Shown here: positions 34,064 through 45,060 of the stretch, piece after piece
Layout: every line of letters begins with the position of its first letter
Numbering within the stretch: the first letter of the stretch is position 1
Assembly (NCBI GenBank): GCA_963749565.1
Contig: CAVVNL010000004.1
Location: forward strand, 142,628-206,627
Reading direction: 5' to 3'
From: an uncultured Acidobacteriota bacterium
GTDB lineage: Bacteria; Acidobacteriota; Vicinamibacteria; Vicinamibacterales; CAVVIG01
Length of the DNA: 64,000 bases
The notes under the pieces: generated by a model
The model's database searches: none
Told to the model about the DNA's origin: nothing
What the model saw: the letters and a program-made list of their open reading frames with translations, nothing else
Program-made: the position numbers and the translations under genes

Positions 34064-35200
34064 TCACCTGCTCTCCACCGCCACGTAGCGCTGCGGATAT
34101 TCGGGGCCGACGTACTCCGCGCGCGGGCGGATCAGGCGGTTGTTCGCGTACTGTTCCAGCACGTGGGCGGTCCACCCGGAAATCCTGCTGACGGCGAAAA
34201 TCGGCGTGAACAGACTGCTGTCGATCCCGAGCGCGTGGTACGTGGACGCCGAATAGAAATCGACGTTCGGATTGAGATGCTTTTCCGCCTTGACCACCGC
34301 TTCGATACGTTCGGACATCTCGAACCAGCCCGCTTGCCCGCTGCGTTGGCCGAGGTCGCGGGACATCTGCCTGAGGTGCGTGGCGCGCGGATCGTCTACG
34401 GTCTTGTAGACGCGATGGCCAAAGCCGGGGATCTTCTCCTTGCGAGCCAGCCTGGCGCGGACAGCCTCCTCGGCCTTCTCCGGAGGCGACTGCAGTCCAA
34501 TCTCGAGCAGCATCCGCATCACGTCCGCGTTGGCGCCGCCGTGCAGCGGCCCCTTGAGGGCCCCGATCGCGCCGACGATAGCCGAGTGGATGTCGGTGAG
34601 CGTCGCCGCCGCGACCCGCGCGGCGAACGTCGAGGCGTTCAATTCGTGGTCGGCGTGAAGGATGAGCGCGACGTCGAAGGCCCGGGTGGCAAGGCCGCTG
34701 GGGCGCTCGCCGCTCAGCATATAGAGAAAGTTTGCCGCGTGGCTCAGCACCGGATCGGGCTGAATCGGTCCGCCCCCGGCGTTCAGCCGTCCGAGCGTAG
34801 CCACGACCGAGCCGATCTGCGCGGTCAGCCGGATCGCCTTCCGCGCGTTGGCCTGCGGCGTGTTGTCGGTGGCGTCGGGATCGTAGTGAGCGAGGGCGGA
34901 GGCGAGCGTCCTCAGCGCGTCCATCTCGGCGCCGGCGGGCAGCGTCCGCATCAGCCGCAGAATCGGCTCGGGCAGGGGACGCGCGGCCGCGAGCGCCGAC
35001 TGCAGATCGCCGAGCTCGGCGCGCGTCGGCAACCGGCGATGCCACAGCAGATAGCAGACCTCCTCGAACGTCGCGTGCCGCGCGAGCTCGTGGATGTCGT
35101 ATCCGCAATACGCGAGAATGCCCCGGTCGCCGTCGAGATAGCAAATGGACGACGAGGTCGCGACCGTGTCTTCGAGTCCTGCTTTCGCAGCCGTGGCCAT
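34064..35200 (-). CDS. gltA: citrate synthase (small, type I-like)
   Basis: LILHADHELNASTF, GALKGPLHGGAN, GFGHRVYKTVDPR-like (GFGHRVYKTVDDPR), NVDFYS. Confidence 0.9.
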   Translation of the reverse strand: MATAAKAGLEDTVATSSSICYLDGDRGILAYCGYDIHELARHATFEEVCYLLWHRRLPTRAELGDLQSALAAARPLPEPILRLMRTLPAGAEMDALRTLASALAHYDPDATDNTPQANARKAIRLTAQIGSVVATLGRLNAGGGPIQPDPVLSHAANFLYMLSGERPSGLATRAFDVALILHADHELNASTFAARVAAATLTDIHSAIVGAIGALKGPLHGGANADVMRMLLEIGLQSPPEKAEEAVRARLARKEKIPGFGHRVYKTVDDPRATHLRQMSRDLGQRSGQAGWFEMSERIEAVVKAEKHLNPNVDFYSASTYHALGIDSSLFTPIFAVSRISGWTAHVLEQYANNRLIRPRAEYVGPEYPQRYVAVESR

Positions 35201-35485
35201 GGCACATCATACCTTGGCACGGGCAAACGAACATTGGTCCACGCGTGAAGCCGTCCTGGCGAAGACCGCGTTCCACCTGCAAAGCGTTTCGTTGGTTTGG
35301 CGATGATCTCGGGATTGATCGCAGTGGCTTTCACGTTTAGCGATCATCTGGACACAAGCCGGAAACCATTCCGTTGATGTGCCCGCCCGATCGTTGATTC
35401 GCGGATCTCGGGCGACATTCAACTGGCGTTCCCCCGAATCGGTTCAGCTGGCGCAGTAATCGCGTCCGCGCGGCCGTCGGCCCCG

Positions 35486-35491
35486 TATAAT
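35486..35491 (+). promoter_or_regulatory. candidate -10 box TATAAT, 11 nt upstream of the TTG start of kinase 1
   Basis: ccccgTATAATccactgaacgaTTGgct. The same arrangement is conserved upstream of kinase 2. Confidence 0.45.
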
Positions 35492-35502
35492 CCACTGAAC
35501 GA

Positions 35503-38174
35503 TTGGCTCTCAGCCCCGGCGCGCGCCTAGGCGTTTACGAAGTCACGGTCCAAATTGGCGAAGGTGGCATGGGCCAGGTCTACCGGGCCCGCGACACGAA
35601 GCTGAATCGTGACGTCGCGCTCAAAGTGCTGCCAGACCTCTTCGCGAGCGACGCCGAGCGGCTGGCGCGTTTCACACGCGAGGCCCAGACCCTCGCCTCG
35701 CTGAACCATCCGCACATCGCGGCAATCTACGGTCTCGAGGAATCGGGCGGTGTGCGCGCCCTGGTCATGGAGCTCGTCGAGGGCGAGGACCTCTCACAGC
35801 GGATCGCGCGCGGCGCGATCCCGCTCGACGAAGCACTCCCGATAGCGCGCCAGATCGCCGAGGCGCTGGAGGCGGCGCACGAGCACGGGATCATTCATCG
35901 CGATCTCAAGCCCGCGAACATCAAGGTGCGGCCGGACGGCACCGTGAAGGTGCTGGACTTCGGTTTGGCGAAGGCCGATCGGAACCGCCGGCCTCGTCGC
36001 CGGAGCGTGACGCAGTCGCCCACGCTGACCTCGCCCGCGATGATGACCGGCATGGGCGTGATCCTCGGCACCGCCGCGTACATGTCGCCGGAACAGGCCG
36101 TGGGCCGGCCGGCCGACAAGCGGAGCGACGTCTGGGCGTTCGGCGTGGTGCTGCTGGAAATGTTGACGGGGCGGCCGGTGTTTGCGGGCGAGACGGTGTC
36201 GCATGTGCTTGCCGCGGTGTTGAAGAGCGCGCCGGATTGGACAACGCTGCCGGCCGACACGCCCGCGTCGATCCGGACGCTGCTGCGGCGCTGCCTCGAG
36301 AAAGATCGCAGGCACCGACTGGCCGATGCGGCGGACGCACGACTCGAGATCGAGGAGGCGCTGATCGACGGCAGGCAGCGTCGCGCCGGCATCCGCGGCG
36401 CCAGTCCGGCACGCACGCCTCCCGTGGGTCGTCGCTGCCCTGGCGACGATCGCCGCCGCGGCGGCGGTCGCGCTGTGGGCGCCGTGGCGCACCGAGCCCG
36501 AACCGGCCCGCGTGGCGTTTGAGGTGCAGACGGCCTACCCCAGGCGGCGGCGGCCCGCTCACATGTTCGCGATCTCGCCCGACGGCACGCATCTCGTCGC
36601 GCTCGTCCAGGACGGCGATGTCCGGAAACTCTGGGTCCGACCGCTCGCGCGCCTCGAGGGCGTCACGCTCGAGCGCACCGATGGCGCGTGGTACCCGTTC
36701 TGGTCGCCTGACGGCGACACCGTCGGTTTCTTTGCGGACGGCAAGCTGAAGACGATCGATATCTCTGGCACAGCGCCGCAGACGCTCGCCGACTCGCAGT
36801 CCGGCCTGGGGGGGCACATGGAACCGCGATGGCGTGATTCTCTTTGCCCCGCGACAGGACGGTCCCATCTACCGTGTGGCGGCGAGCACGGCGGTCCCGT
36901 GGTCCCCGTGACCGAGCTCGACGCCACGCGCGGCGACACGTCCCACCGGTTTCCCCGCTTTCTCCCCGACGGCGTGCACTTTGTCTATCTCGTCATCAGT
37001 TCGAGACCCGAATCGGGCGGCATCTACCTGGGGTCCCTCGCGTCGAAGGAAGCGCACCGGCTCGTGGACGCGCCGAGCAAGCCGGAGTTTGCGCCGCCCG
37101 ATCTGCTGCTGTTCCTGCGCGAGAGCACGCTCACGGCGCAACGGCTCGATACCAACAGCTCCCAGATCGTTGGCGCGCCGTTCCGGATCGTTGCGCCGGT
37201 GGGCCGACGCCGAACAACGGGGTCGCGGCGTTCTCTGTGTCGGACAACGGCGTGCTGGCGTACCGGACAGGGTTCGGTGGCGGCGTACGAGAGCTGGTCT
37301 GGGTGGACCGAAATGGAAAGCGGGAGCGCACGGTCGGTCCCCCGGCTCTTTACCAGAATCCCAGGCTGTCGCCAGACGGGCAACGGCTGGCGGTGTTCAA
37401 GCCTGAGGACGGCGGCGACATCTGGGTCATCGAGTTGGAATCCGGCAATGGCACGAGGTTCACCTTGGATCCGGCGTCCGACAACGTGCCGCTGTGGTCG
37501 CCGGGACGGCACCCGGATCGCGTTTGTCTCGGATCGCGAAGGCGGCGTCTTCAACATCTACCAGAAGAACGCCGGAGGCACGGGGCCGGAAGAACTGCTG
37601 TTCAAGAACCGAGCACTCCAAGACTCTCAACGACTGGTCGCCCGATGATCGGTATCTCCTGTACCAGGAAGTGGATCCGCAGACGAAGAAGACCGACGTC
37701 TGGATGTTGTCGCTCGCGGATCGCAAGGCGTCCCGGCTCCTCACCAACCCCTCGATCAGCGAGAGCGAGAGCGAGGCGACGTTTTCGCCGGACGGCCGCT
37801 GGATCGCCTACACATCAGGCGAGGGCGGCATGCCGGAAGGTGCTACGTGCAGAAGTTTCCGACCCCGGACGGGAAGTGGCAAGTGTCAAGCGGAGCGGGT
37901 CGGTGCACACCCACGCTGGGGAACGGACGGCAAGGAATTGTTCTTTGACATCATGGGGACGATGGCGGCTGTCAGCGTCACAGGTCTGGGGCCGGAGACG
38001 AGTTCAGACCAGGCGCGCAGAAGACACTGTTTGCGGGACTGCTCGGCGGCTGCCCCACACAATTTCGATGTCGCGGACGCAGGACAGCGCTTCCTCGTGC
38101 AGCTGGTGCCGGGGGAAGCCTTGCCGATCACCGTCGTGGTGAATTGGAAGTCCGGCCTGTCTCTGGGGCGATGA
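35503..38174 (+). CDS. Ser/Thr protein kinase fused to a TolB-like (PD40/WD40-like) beta-propeller region, many frame breaks
   Basis: Kinase motifs GEGGMGQVYRARD, VALKVL, HRDLKPANIKV, DFGLAKA, YMSPEQ. C-terminal PD40-type repeats (FAISPDGTHLV, FWSPDGDTVGFF, RLSPDGQRLAVF, ATFSPDGRWIAYTS). The protein path hops between ORFs 35503, 36512, 36844, 36981 and 37494. Confidence 0.75.
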
Positions 38175-38218
38175 TCAACGCGGGGCGCCTTCCTGACTGG
38201 CGCGACGAAAGAGGTCCC

Positions 38219-39043
38219 ATGCGACGGCTGCAGTTCTCCATCCTTGCCGCGCTGCTGACAACGGCCGGCAGCGTGTTTGCGCAGTCGAATCCGTTCGACG
38301 GCCTGATCGGCGGCGCGCTCTCCCCGGATCCCGTTCTGTACGCGAAACAGAAGGCCCAGTGGCTCGCTCGTGTTGAGGCGCTTCCCCAGGATGTGGATGT
38401 CCTCGAGGGAGCAGCACAATTCTTCATCATCCGCGATCGACCGCTGGCCCAGGACCTGCTCGGCCGGGCGCGCGCCCTCGAGCCGGACAACCCGCGGTGG
38501 GTATTGCAGCTGGCCCATTTGCACAGGATGAACGCCGCAGCGCGGGGCGACGCCGCCGAAGCGCTCCTTGCGTTGAGCGAAGAGGAGCAGGCGTACGCGA
38601 TGGCGTCTGCAACCGAACGAACGTTGCCGACTGTGCTGCCCCAAACGGCGTTCGATGCGGGCGATTTACCGAAGGCCGCGGCGTACGCGCAGCGGTTGCT
38701 CGACGAGGCGGGGAGCTATCGCGACAATTGGAACTACGGGAACGCGATTCACAAAGGAAATCTCGTGCTGGGCCGCATCGCCGTGCGCGAAGAGAGGATC
38801 GCGGATGCGGTGAAATTCCTGCGTGCGTCCGGAGAGACACCCGGGTCGCCGCAGCTCAACTCCTTCGGGCCGAACATGTCGCTCGCCAGGGATCTGTTGG
38901 AGCAGGGTGAGACTGAGGCCGTACTGGCGTACTTCGAGTTGTGCCGCGTGTTCTGGAAGATGGGCGGCAGCCGCCTCGATGCCTGGGCCAGGGAAGTCCG
39001 GGCGGGCAACCTGCCGGCGTTCGGTGCGAACCTCAGCTACTGA
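38219..39043 (+). CDS. secreted helical-repeat hypothetical protein
   Basis: The ATG at 38219 gives signal MRRLQFSILAALLTTAGSVFAQ. The rest is alpha-helical/TPR-like. Intact in the frame of ORF 38144..39043. Confidence 0.6.
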   Translation: MRRLQFSILAALLTTAGSVFAQSNPFDGLIGGALSPDPVLYAKQKAQWLARVEALPQDVDVLEGAAQFFIIRDRPLAQDLLGRARALEPDNPRWVLQLAHLHRMNAAARGDAAEALLALSEEEQAYAMASATERTLPTVLPQTAFDAGDLPKAAAYAQRLLDEAGSYRDNWNYGNAIHKGNLVLGRIAVREERIADAVKFLRASGETPGSPQLNSFGPNMSLARDLLEQGETEAVLAYFELCRVFWKMGGSRLDAWAREVRAGNLPAFGANLSY

Positions 39044-39096
39044 TCGTTCATGGCTCGGCGTCCGCAGGAATCCGCCGCGCGCGGCCGCCCGGCCCG

Positions 39097-39102
39097 TATA
39101 AT
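39097..39102 (+). promoter_or_regulatory. candidate -10 box TATAAT, 11 nt upstream of the TTG start of kinase 2
   Basis: ggcccgTATAATccacggagcgaTTGgcc, paralogous to 35486..35503. Confidence 0.45.
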
Positions 39103-39113
39103 CCACGGAGCGA

Positions 39114-41847
39114 TTGGCCCTCCTCCCCGGCGCGCGCCTCGGCGTCTACGAAGTCACGGCACAAATTGGCGAAGGTGGCATGGGCCAGGTCTACCGGGCC
39201 CGCGACACGAAGCTGAATCGTGACGTCGCGCTCAAAGTGCTGCCGGACGCGTTCGCGAGCGACGCCGAACGGCTCGCCCGGCTGACCCGCGAAGCCCAGA
39301 CCCTCGCGTCGCTGAACCATCCGAACATCGCGCACATCTATGGGCTCGGAGGAATCTGGTGGTGTGCGCGCCCTCGTCATGGAGCTCGTCGAGGGTGACG
39401 ATCTGTCGCAGCGGATTGCGCACGGCGCGATCCCGCTCGACGAAGCACTCCCCATTGCGCGCCAGATCGCCGAGGCGCTGGAAGCGGCGCACGAGGCGGG
39501 CATCATCCATCGCGATCTCAAGCCGGCAAACATCAAGATCCGCGAGGACGGCACCGTGAAGGTGCTCGACTTCGGGCTGGCGAAGCTCACGCAGGCTTCA
39601 GGCTCTGGGCTTCAGGCTTCGGGAGAACTCAGTCAGTCGCCGACGATCACGACGCCGGCGATGACGCAGGCCGGGATGATTCTGGGCACGGCGGCGTACA
39701 TGGCGCCGGAGCAGGCGAAAGGGCGCGCGGCCGACAAGCGCAGCGATGTCTGGGCATTCGGGTGTGTGCTCTACGAGATGCTCACGGGCCAGCGGGCGTT
39801 CGAAGGCGAAGACGTCGGCGACACGCTTGCGGCGGTCTGCGGGCGCGAGCCGGACTGGGCCGCGCTGCCCACTGATCTTCCGCCGGCAATTCGCACGCTG
39901 GTGCAGCACTGCCTCGTGAAAGATCGACGTCAGCGGATCGCCGACATTTCGGTCGCACACTTTCTGCTGACTCAGCACGCAGGCCTTGCGCCCGCCGCCG
40001 TCCCGGCGGTGGCCGTTCCACGCCTGCCGCTGTGGCGACGTGTGGCTGCGCACGCTGGTGGAGCGTTGGCAGGGGCCGCGGTCGCCGCAATGGTGGGCAC
40101 CGGCCTCTGGCTCGCGATGCGTCCGGCGCCGCCCCGCGTTTCGCGTCTGCTGATCACCCCGCCGAGCGCAGAGGCATTGACGATCTCCCGGCGCTCGACT
40201 CGCGACGTGGCGATCACGCCCGACGGATGCGCGCGTCGTCTACGCCGGCGTCAATAATACGCTGGTCGTGCGAGCGCTCGACCAGCTCGACGCGACGCCG
40301 CTGACGGGCCTCGGCGTTGCGCCGCAGTAACCTGTTCGTATCGCCCGACGGCCAATGGATCGGCTTTGTCGACCGACGGAAACCAGAATCTGAAGAAGGT
40401 GCAGATAACCGGCGGCCCGCCGATCGCGGTGGCCCGCCTCGACGGTGCGTTGAGCGGTGCCACCTGGGGGCCGGACGGCGCGATCATTTTCGGAACCACG
40501 AACCTCGAGACCGGCCTGCAACACCTCGCCCCAGACGGTGGGGAGCCGACCGTGCTGACGCGGCCAAACCGTGAGGGGGGTGAGGGCGATCACGTCTGGC
40601 CGGAATTCCTGCCGGGCGGTCAGGCGGTCCTGTTCACGATCAGGGCGACGACGGGCGACCTCGACCAGGCGCAGATCGCCGTGCTCGATCTCCGGAACGA
40701 TAGGCAGACTACGCTGATACGGGGGGGCACGGACGCCCATTACCTGCGGAGCGGCCATCTGGTATACGGTGCGGCCGGGACCTTGCGGGCCATCGCGTTC
40801 GATCTGGCCACGCTCACCGTTCAAGGCTCGGCGGTGCCCATCGTGGAAGAGGTGCTGACCAAGGTCACCGGCGCCGTGGACGTCGCGGTGGCGGGCGACG
40901 GAACGGTCGTCTACGTGCCGGGTGTTCTAGGAGCGGCGGCGCAACAGACGCTGGTCTGGGTCGATCGTCAGGGCCGCGAGGAACCGCTCAAGGCGACCGC
41001 CCGGGCGTACGCGAATCCCCGGCTCTCGCCGGACGGGACGCGCGTGGCGCTCGAGAGCCGCGACCGGCAGAACGACATCTGGATTCTGGAGCCTGAACGG
41101 GAGGCGCCAACGCGCCTGACGTTCGACCCTCTCTGCGATCAGTCTCCGGTGTGGACGCCCGACAGACAACGCGTCATGTTCAGCTCGGGCCGGAGCGGTG
41201 TCGTTGTGCCGAATATGTTCTGGCACGCCGCAAATGGGACAGGAACAGTCGAGCGCCTGATCCAGAGACCGAACAGTCAAAATCCCACGGGCCATCTCAC
41301 CGGACGGCACGCGGCTCGTGTTCGAGGAGACCGTGGCGGGAGCTAGTGACATCATGATGCTGACGCTGGATAAGGACAGGCGTGTCGAGCCGCTGGTGCG
41401 AGACACCATTCAACGAGCGAAACGCGGAGATCTCCCCCGACGGACGGTGGCTGGCCTACGAGTCGAACGAATCCGGGCAGTACCGAAATCTACGTGCGAC
41501 CATTCCCCGACGTGAACAGCGGTCGCTCGCCGAGTCTCCACGGCGGGTGGTACCCGACCGCTGTGGGCCAAGAAGCGGCCAAGAGCTCTTCTACGTGGCG
41601 CCGTCGGGCGCGATCATGGCCGTCCCGTATCGAACAGGGACCAACCTGGAAGGCCGGCACGGCCGCCAAGCTGTTCGACTGGCCGATTTCTGCCGTCACC
41701 AGTCGCTCGTACGATGTATCGGGTGACGGGCGGTTTCTGATGCTCAAGCCGGTCGCTGGATCCGAGTCGGCGCCAGCCCCGACGAGCCTCGTCGTCATCC
41801 AGAACCTCGACGTGGAGCTGAAGCGGCTCGTGCCGATCAAGAACTGA
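39114..41847 (+). CDS. Ser/Thr protein kinase fused to a TolB-like beta-propeller region (paralog of 35503..38174), many frame breaks
   Basis: The kinase core is nearly identical to kinase 1, including an 83-nt perfectly identical stretch (39162-39244 vs 35551-35633). Motifs HRDLKPANIKI, DFGLAKL, YMAPEQ, and PD40-type repeats (FVSPDGQWIGFV, RLSPDGTRVALE, AEISPDGRWLAYESNESG). The first break (an extra g) is near 39347. Confidence 0.75.
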
Positions 41848-41874
41848 CGCTGTGCGTGCAGGATCGAAACTCGG

Positions 41875-43065
41875 TTAACGCTTATCGACGACGATCCGGC
41901 CGCCCTTGATAACCACCTTCGTTTTCAGCCAGTTCCAATACCCTTCCAGCGGGTCACCATCGAGCAGGATGATATCGGCAAGTTTGCCGGGCGCGAGCTC
42001 GCCGAGCTTGTCGCCCATCTGGATGTATGACGCCGTGTTCGGTCCCATCATCTTGATGAGATCCCGCGTCGAGAACATCACGTTGAGAATCCTCAGCTCG
42101 TGGTCAAGTCCGGCCCTCGGATCGTAACCGGTATCCGTGCAATAGCCCAGAATGACGCCGGAGTCCCACAGCGTACGCGCATTCAGCGGCGCGTGCGCTG
42201 CTTCTTCACCCATGTGGAGGTCGGGGACGCGAGACGTGAGGGGAATAGAGTCAGGCCATGCTCTGCCGTCCCGGAATCGGGGGACGTTGTCGTCGGCAAA
42301 GACGCCGAAAACCGGCGAGCCGAAGCCGACCGTCGTCAACACCTTGACGCCGGAGGCAGCCATCTTCCGGGCGTTCTCTCGCGTGAGGAAGTTCTTGTTC
42401 GTGGTGTGAACCAGCAGGGGCACGCCGGCTTCGATGGCGGCCATGGTGGATTGCGCGCTGACCGCATGCACCTGGACCATCACGCCGACCTTCTTCGCCT
42501 CGTCCACGATGGCCCGAAGAACTTCCATCTCCCTGTCCGTCGGACCTGGAAATGACGTGAGCCCGATCTCGCCCGTGAATTTGACGCCCATCGCCGCCAT
42601 CTGCCGCACCTCGGCGCGCGCCACTTCCGGAGTAACGGTCAGGCTCACCCTTCCGGAAGGAATGATGCGCGGCCCGTTGATCAGGCCCTGATCGATGCGG
42701 TCCCGAAGGGTGATGTTTCCATCGGCGGGACCGCCTCCGGACAGGATCGTCGTGTAACCGGCTTCGAGAAGCGCCTGCATCTGCTCCTTCTCGTTCGGAC
42801 CGGTGTTGATGTGCCGGTGCGCATCGATGAACCCTGGCATCGCGGTCATGCCGCTGGCATCGACGATGGTCCCGCTTGGAGCGCTTGCGGCGCCCGGTTC
42901 AACCGAAACGATGCTACCGGCACGGACCACTATCGAGCCGCGCTCGATCAGAGATCCATTGGCGGCGATGATGCGGGCGTTGGTGATGGTGAGGTCCTGA
43001 GCGGCTACGAACTCCGTTGCGCCTGGGACAAGACAAAGCAATGTTACAAGGATGCGTCCGTTCAT
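41875..43065 (-). CDS. secreted amidohydrolase-family metallohydrolase
   Basis: Signal MNGRILVTLLCLVPGATEFVAAQ and metal-binding GFIDAHRHI. Amidohydrolase-fold blocks extend through ...PGKLADIILLDGDPL. Confidence 0.8.
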   Translation of the reverse strand: MNGRILVTLLCLVPGATEFVAAQDLTITNARIIAANGSLIERGSIVVRAGSIVSVEPGAASAPSGTIVDASGMTAMPGFIDAHRHINTGPNEKEQMQALLEAGYTTILSGGGPADGNITLRDRIDQGLINGPRIIPSGRVSLTVTPEVARAEVRQMAAMGVKFTGEIGLTSFPGPTDREMEVLRAIVDEAKKVGVMVQVHAVSAQSTMAAIEAGVPLLVHTTNKNFLTRENARKMAASGVKVLTTVGFGSPVFGVFADDNVPRFRDGRAWPDSIPLTSRVPDLHMGEEAAHAPLNARTLWDSGVILGYCTDTGYDPRAGLDHELRILNVMFSTRDLIKMMGPNTASYIQMGDKLGELAPGKLADIILLDGDPLEGYWNWLKTKVVIKGGRIVVDKR

Positions 43066-43178
43066 ACGGTTCTTCCCCTATGATGCGTCCAATGCTGCTG
43101 AAGCGGCGTCGTTTGGAGCCTCGCGCGGCTAATGAACGCGTGACGAAACCGGGCCGGCCGTGGCGTGCGGGATCAACC

Positions 43179-43220
43179 GGCGGCGGCAGGCCAGGGCGAA
43201 CAATCGCGCCTGCCGCCGCC
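43179..43220 (-). terminator. 13-bp GC-rich hairpin downstream of the cytochrome operon
   Basis: GGCGGCGGCAGGC-(16 nt)-GCCTGCCGCCGCC. No obvious U-tract. Confidence 0.35.
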
Positions 43221-43269
43221 GATCCGATTCTGATGTGGACGTTCGTGACCGGCGCTCGACGCGACTTCT

Positions 43270-44655
43270 TTATTTGGGCGATGCGGGCGCCTGAATCGGG
43301 GTCTCGATCTGCTTGTGGCAGTAATCGCAGTCGGCGCTGATCTTCGATCCGTCCTTGGCCTCGTGCGAATCGTCGTGGCAGCGGAAGCAGCCGTTCGACG
43401 TGACGTGGCCCGTGTTGTTCGGATAGCTGCCCCAGGTCACGCTCATGTCCGGAAACACGTTCCGGCCATACAGTTGCTGCACCGCTTCGACGGCCTTCGT
43501 CACCGCCTGCTGGTCGATGGCGCCGGTCTGGCTTTTATAGAAATTCCGCAATCCTTCTTCGATTGCGCTCATGCCCGCTTCCTGGCTGGGGTACGTCGCC
43601 TTCACGAGGCGGAGGCTCTCGCGTCTTGCAAAGGGCAGTTCGTGGCTCACCATCGCGGCGGCGATGGCTTGATCGACGGCCCGCTCTGGTGTCGGCGAGA
43701 TGGGATGCCCGACCGTGTTGTGGCAGTCGACGCAGTCCATCGTTAGTCGATCGGCCGCGCGGATCGCCTCTTCCTTTGCGTCAGCCGCGAGGTACTCTTT
43801 GACCTGGCCGTTCGCGTCGGTCACTCGCACGTACGGGATCGTCTGCCGCTCCGCATCGGTCGCCACGTACTCGACGCGAACGGCAGGATCCGCATGCCAG
43901 TGAATCGCCCGCGCCGATGACGTCGTGACGCTCATGTGCATCTGCAGCACCGTCATGGTCCCGGTGTTGGCTTCGTCGTCGGCATAGTCGCGGATGACGC
44001 GGACGCGATCGCCGATCACGCGTCCGGGCGGGTGGCAGCCCTTGCACGTTTCCGCCTGGGCGCCGGGGGACATCTTGGCGCCGGGCGGAATCGGCCTCGG
44101 ATACGTATTGGTGGCGACCATCGCCAGCTGTCGTACGCCGGAAAGCTTCGCCTGCACCAAGGCCTTCGCCCCTTCTCCAATGTGACAGTCGACACAGGCG
44201 ACGCCGGAATGCGCCGCGCCCTGCCAGGCCTGGAACTGAGGGCGCATCGGCGTGTGGCACGTCTGTCCGCAGAAGCCTGGCGTTTCCATCGCGTGCAGGC
44301 CGCCGTACCCGGCCAGCAGAATGAGGACGATGTTGACCGCGGTGAGTGCCGCGATGAGGATGGCGGCTCGGCGGACGTTCGCGCGACGAAAATCGACGAC
44401 GGGCCATTCGGAGACCGCCGTTGGATCGCGAAGCAGTCTTCGTCGCTCGAGATGCATGCCCGCCGGGATGAGCAGAAGCCCCAGCACGAACACCGCTGGG
44501 ATGGCGATGAAGATCACCAGACCTGCGTACGGGTTGGTGAACATCCCCGCCAGCATGGCGATCACCATGGTGATGAACACCACGGCCGACGCCGTGGTGA
44601 CGACCGCCCCGACGATCGCGAGCGGGTGGCGCGCGAGCGCGCTGATCCTCATCAC
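43270..44655 (-). CDS. inner-membrane multiheme c-type cytochrome, NapC/NirT-like with three N-terminal TM helices (CymA/ImcH-like quinol dehydrogenase candidate)
   Basis: Three hydrophobic helices in the first ~125 aa. The NapC/NirT-like segment ETPGFCGQTCHTPM has one CX3CH. Five CXXCH motifs follow (CVDCH, CKGCH, CVDCH, CFRCH, CDYCH). Intact 461 aa. Confidence 0.75.
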   Translation of the reverse strand: MMRISALARHPLAIVGAVVTTASAVVFITMVIAMLAGMFTNPYAGLVIFIAIPAVFVLGLLLIPAGMHLERRRLLRDPTAVSEWPVVDFRRANVRRAAILIAALTAVNIVLILLAGYGGLHAMETPGFCGQTCHTPMRPQFQAWQGAAHSGVACVDCHIGEGAKALVQAKLSGVRQLAMVATNTYPRPIPPGAKMSPGAQAETCKGCHPPGRVIGDRVRVIRDYADDEANTGTMTVLQMHMSVTTSSARAIHWHADPAVRVEYVATDAERQTIPYVRVTDANGQVKEYLAADAKEEAIRAADRLTMDCVDCHNTVGHPISPTPERAVDQAIAAAMVSHELPFARRESLRLVKATYPSQEAGMSAIEEGLRNFYKSQTGAIDQQAVTKAVEAVQQLYGRNVFPDMSVTWGSYPNNTGHVTSNGCFRCHDDSHEAKDGSKISADCDYCHKQIETPIQAPASPK

Positions 44656-44664
44656 GAACGCTCG

Positions 44665-45018
44665 CTACTTCTTCAGACTCTGCATGTAGGCGACGAGCCC
44701 GTCGAGATCCGCCGCGGGCAGGCCGCCGTACTTCGCCGGCATGAGCGGCTTTTTCGTCGACTTGGCCTTCGCGGCGGCCTCGAGCGGGGTCACGATCCAG
44801 GCGCGGATGTCGGCGGCCGACAGCTTCGCGCCGACGCCGTCGAGCGGATTCGTCTTGCTACCAGCACCCGCGATGGAGTGGCAGATCGAACATTTCTGCG
44901 CGGCGTACACCTCCTGCCCCTTCTTCACCTGCGCGGCGTCCTGGGCATTCGCGATGCCGGCGGAAAAGACGAGAGCGAAGACAACGAGCCATCCCCTGGT
45001 CACGAGCGTCCTGTGCAT
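44665..45018 (-). CDS. periplasmic monoheme class I c-type cytochrome
   Basis: Signal MHRTLVTRGWLVVFALVFSAGIANAQ, a single CSICH, and a distal Met region KKPLMPAKY. 117 aa. Confidence 0.85.
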   Translation of the reverse strand: MHRTLVTRGWLVVFALVFSAGIANAQDAAQVKKGQEVYAAQKCSICHSIAGAGSKTNPLDGVGAKLSAADIRAWIVTPLEAAAKAKSTKKPLMPAKYGGLPAADLDGLVAYMQSLKK

Positions 45019-45060
45019 ACAGATCCTCCATGTGCCGAACCGGCGACGTGCCGGCCACTA

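Noticed and set aside
35210-35235. Sigma-54-like TGGCAC element (cttggcacgggcaaacga) in the gltA / kinase-1 intergenic region
   Set aside because: It lacks the TTGC(A/T) -12 element at the correct 5-nt spacing. It also lies immediately next to the gltA start codon, ~270 nt from the kinase start.
39598-39625. GGCTTCAGGCT direct repeat inside kinase 2 (also as reverse complement at 1836-1846) as another mobile element
   Set aside because: It is only 11 nt long, not palindromic, and encodes a plausible low-complexity linker (QASGSGLQASG). The evidence is insufficient to call it an element.
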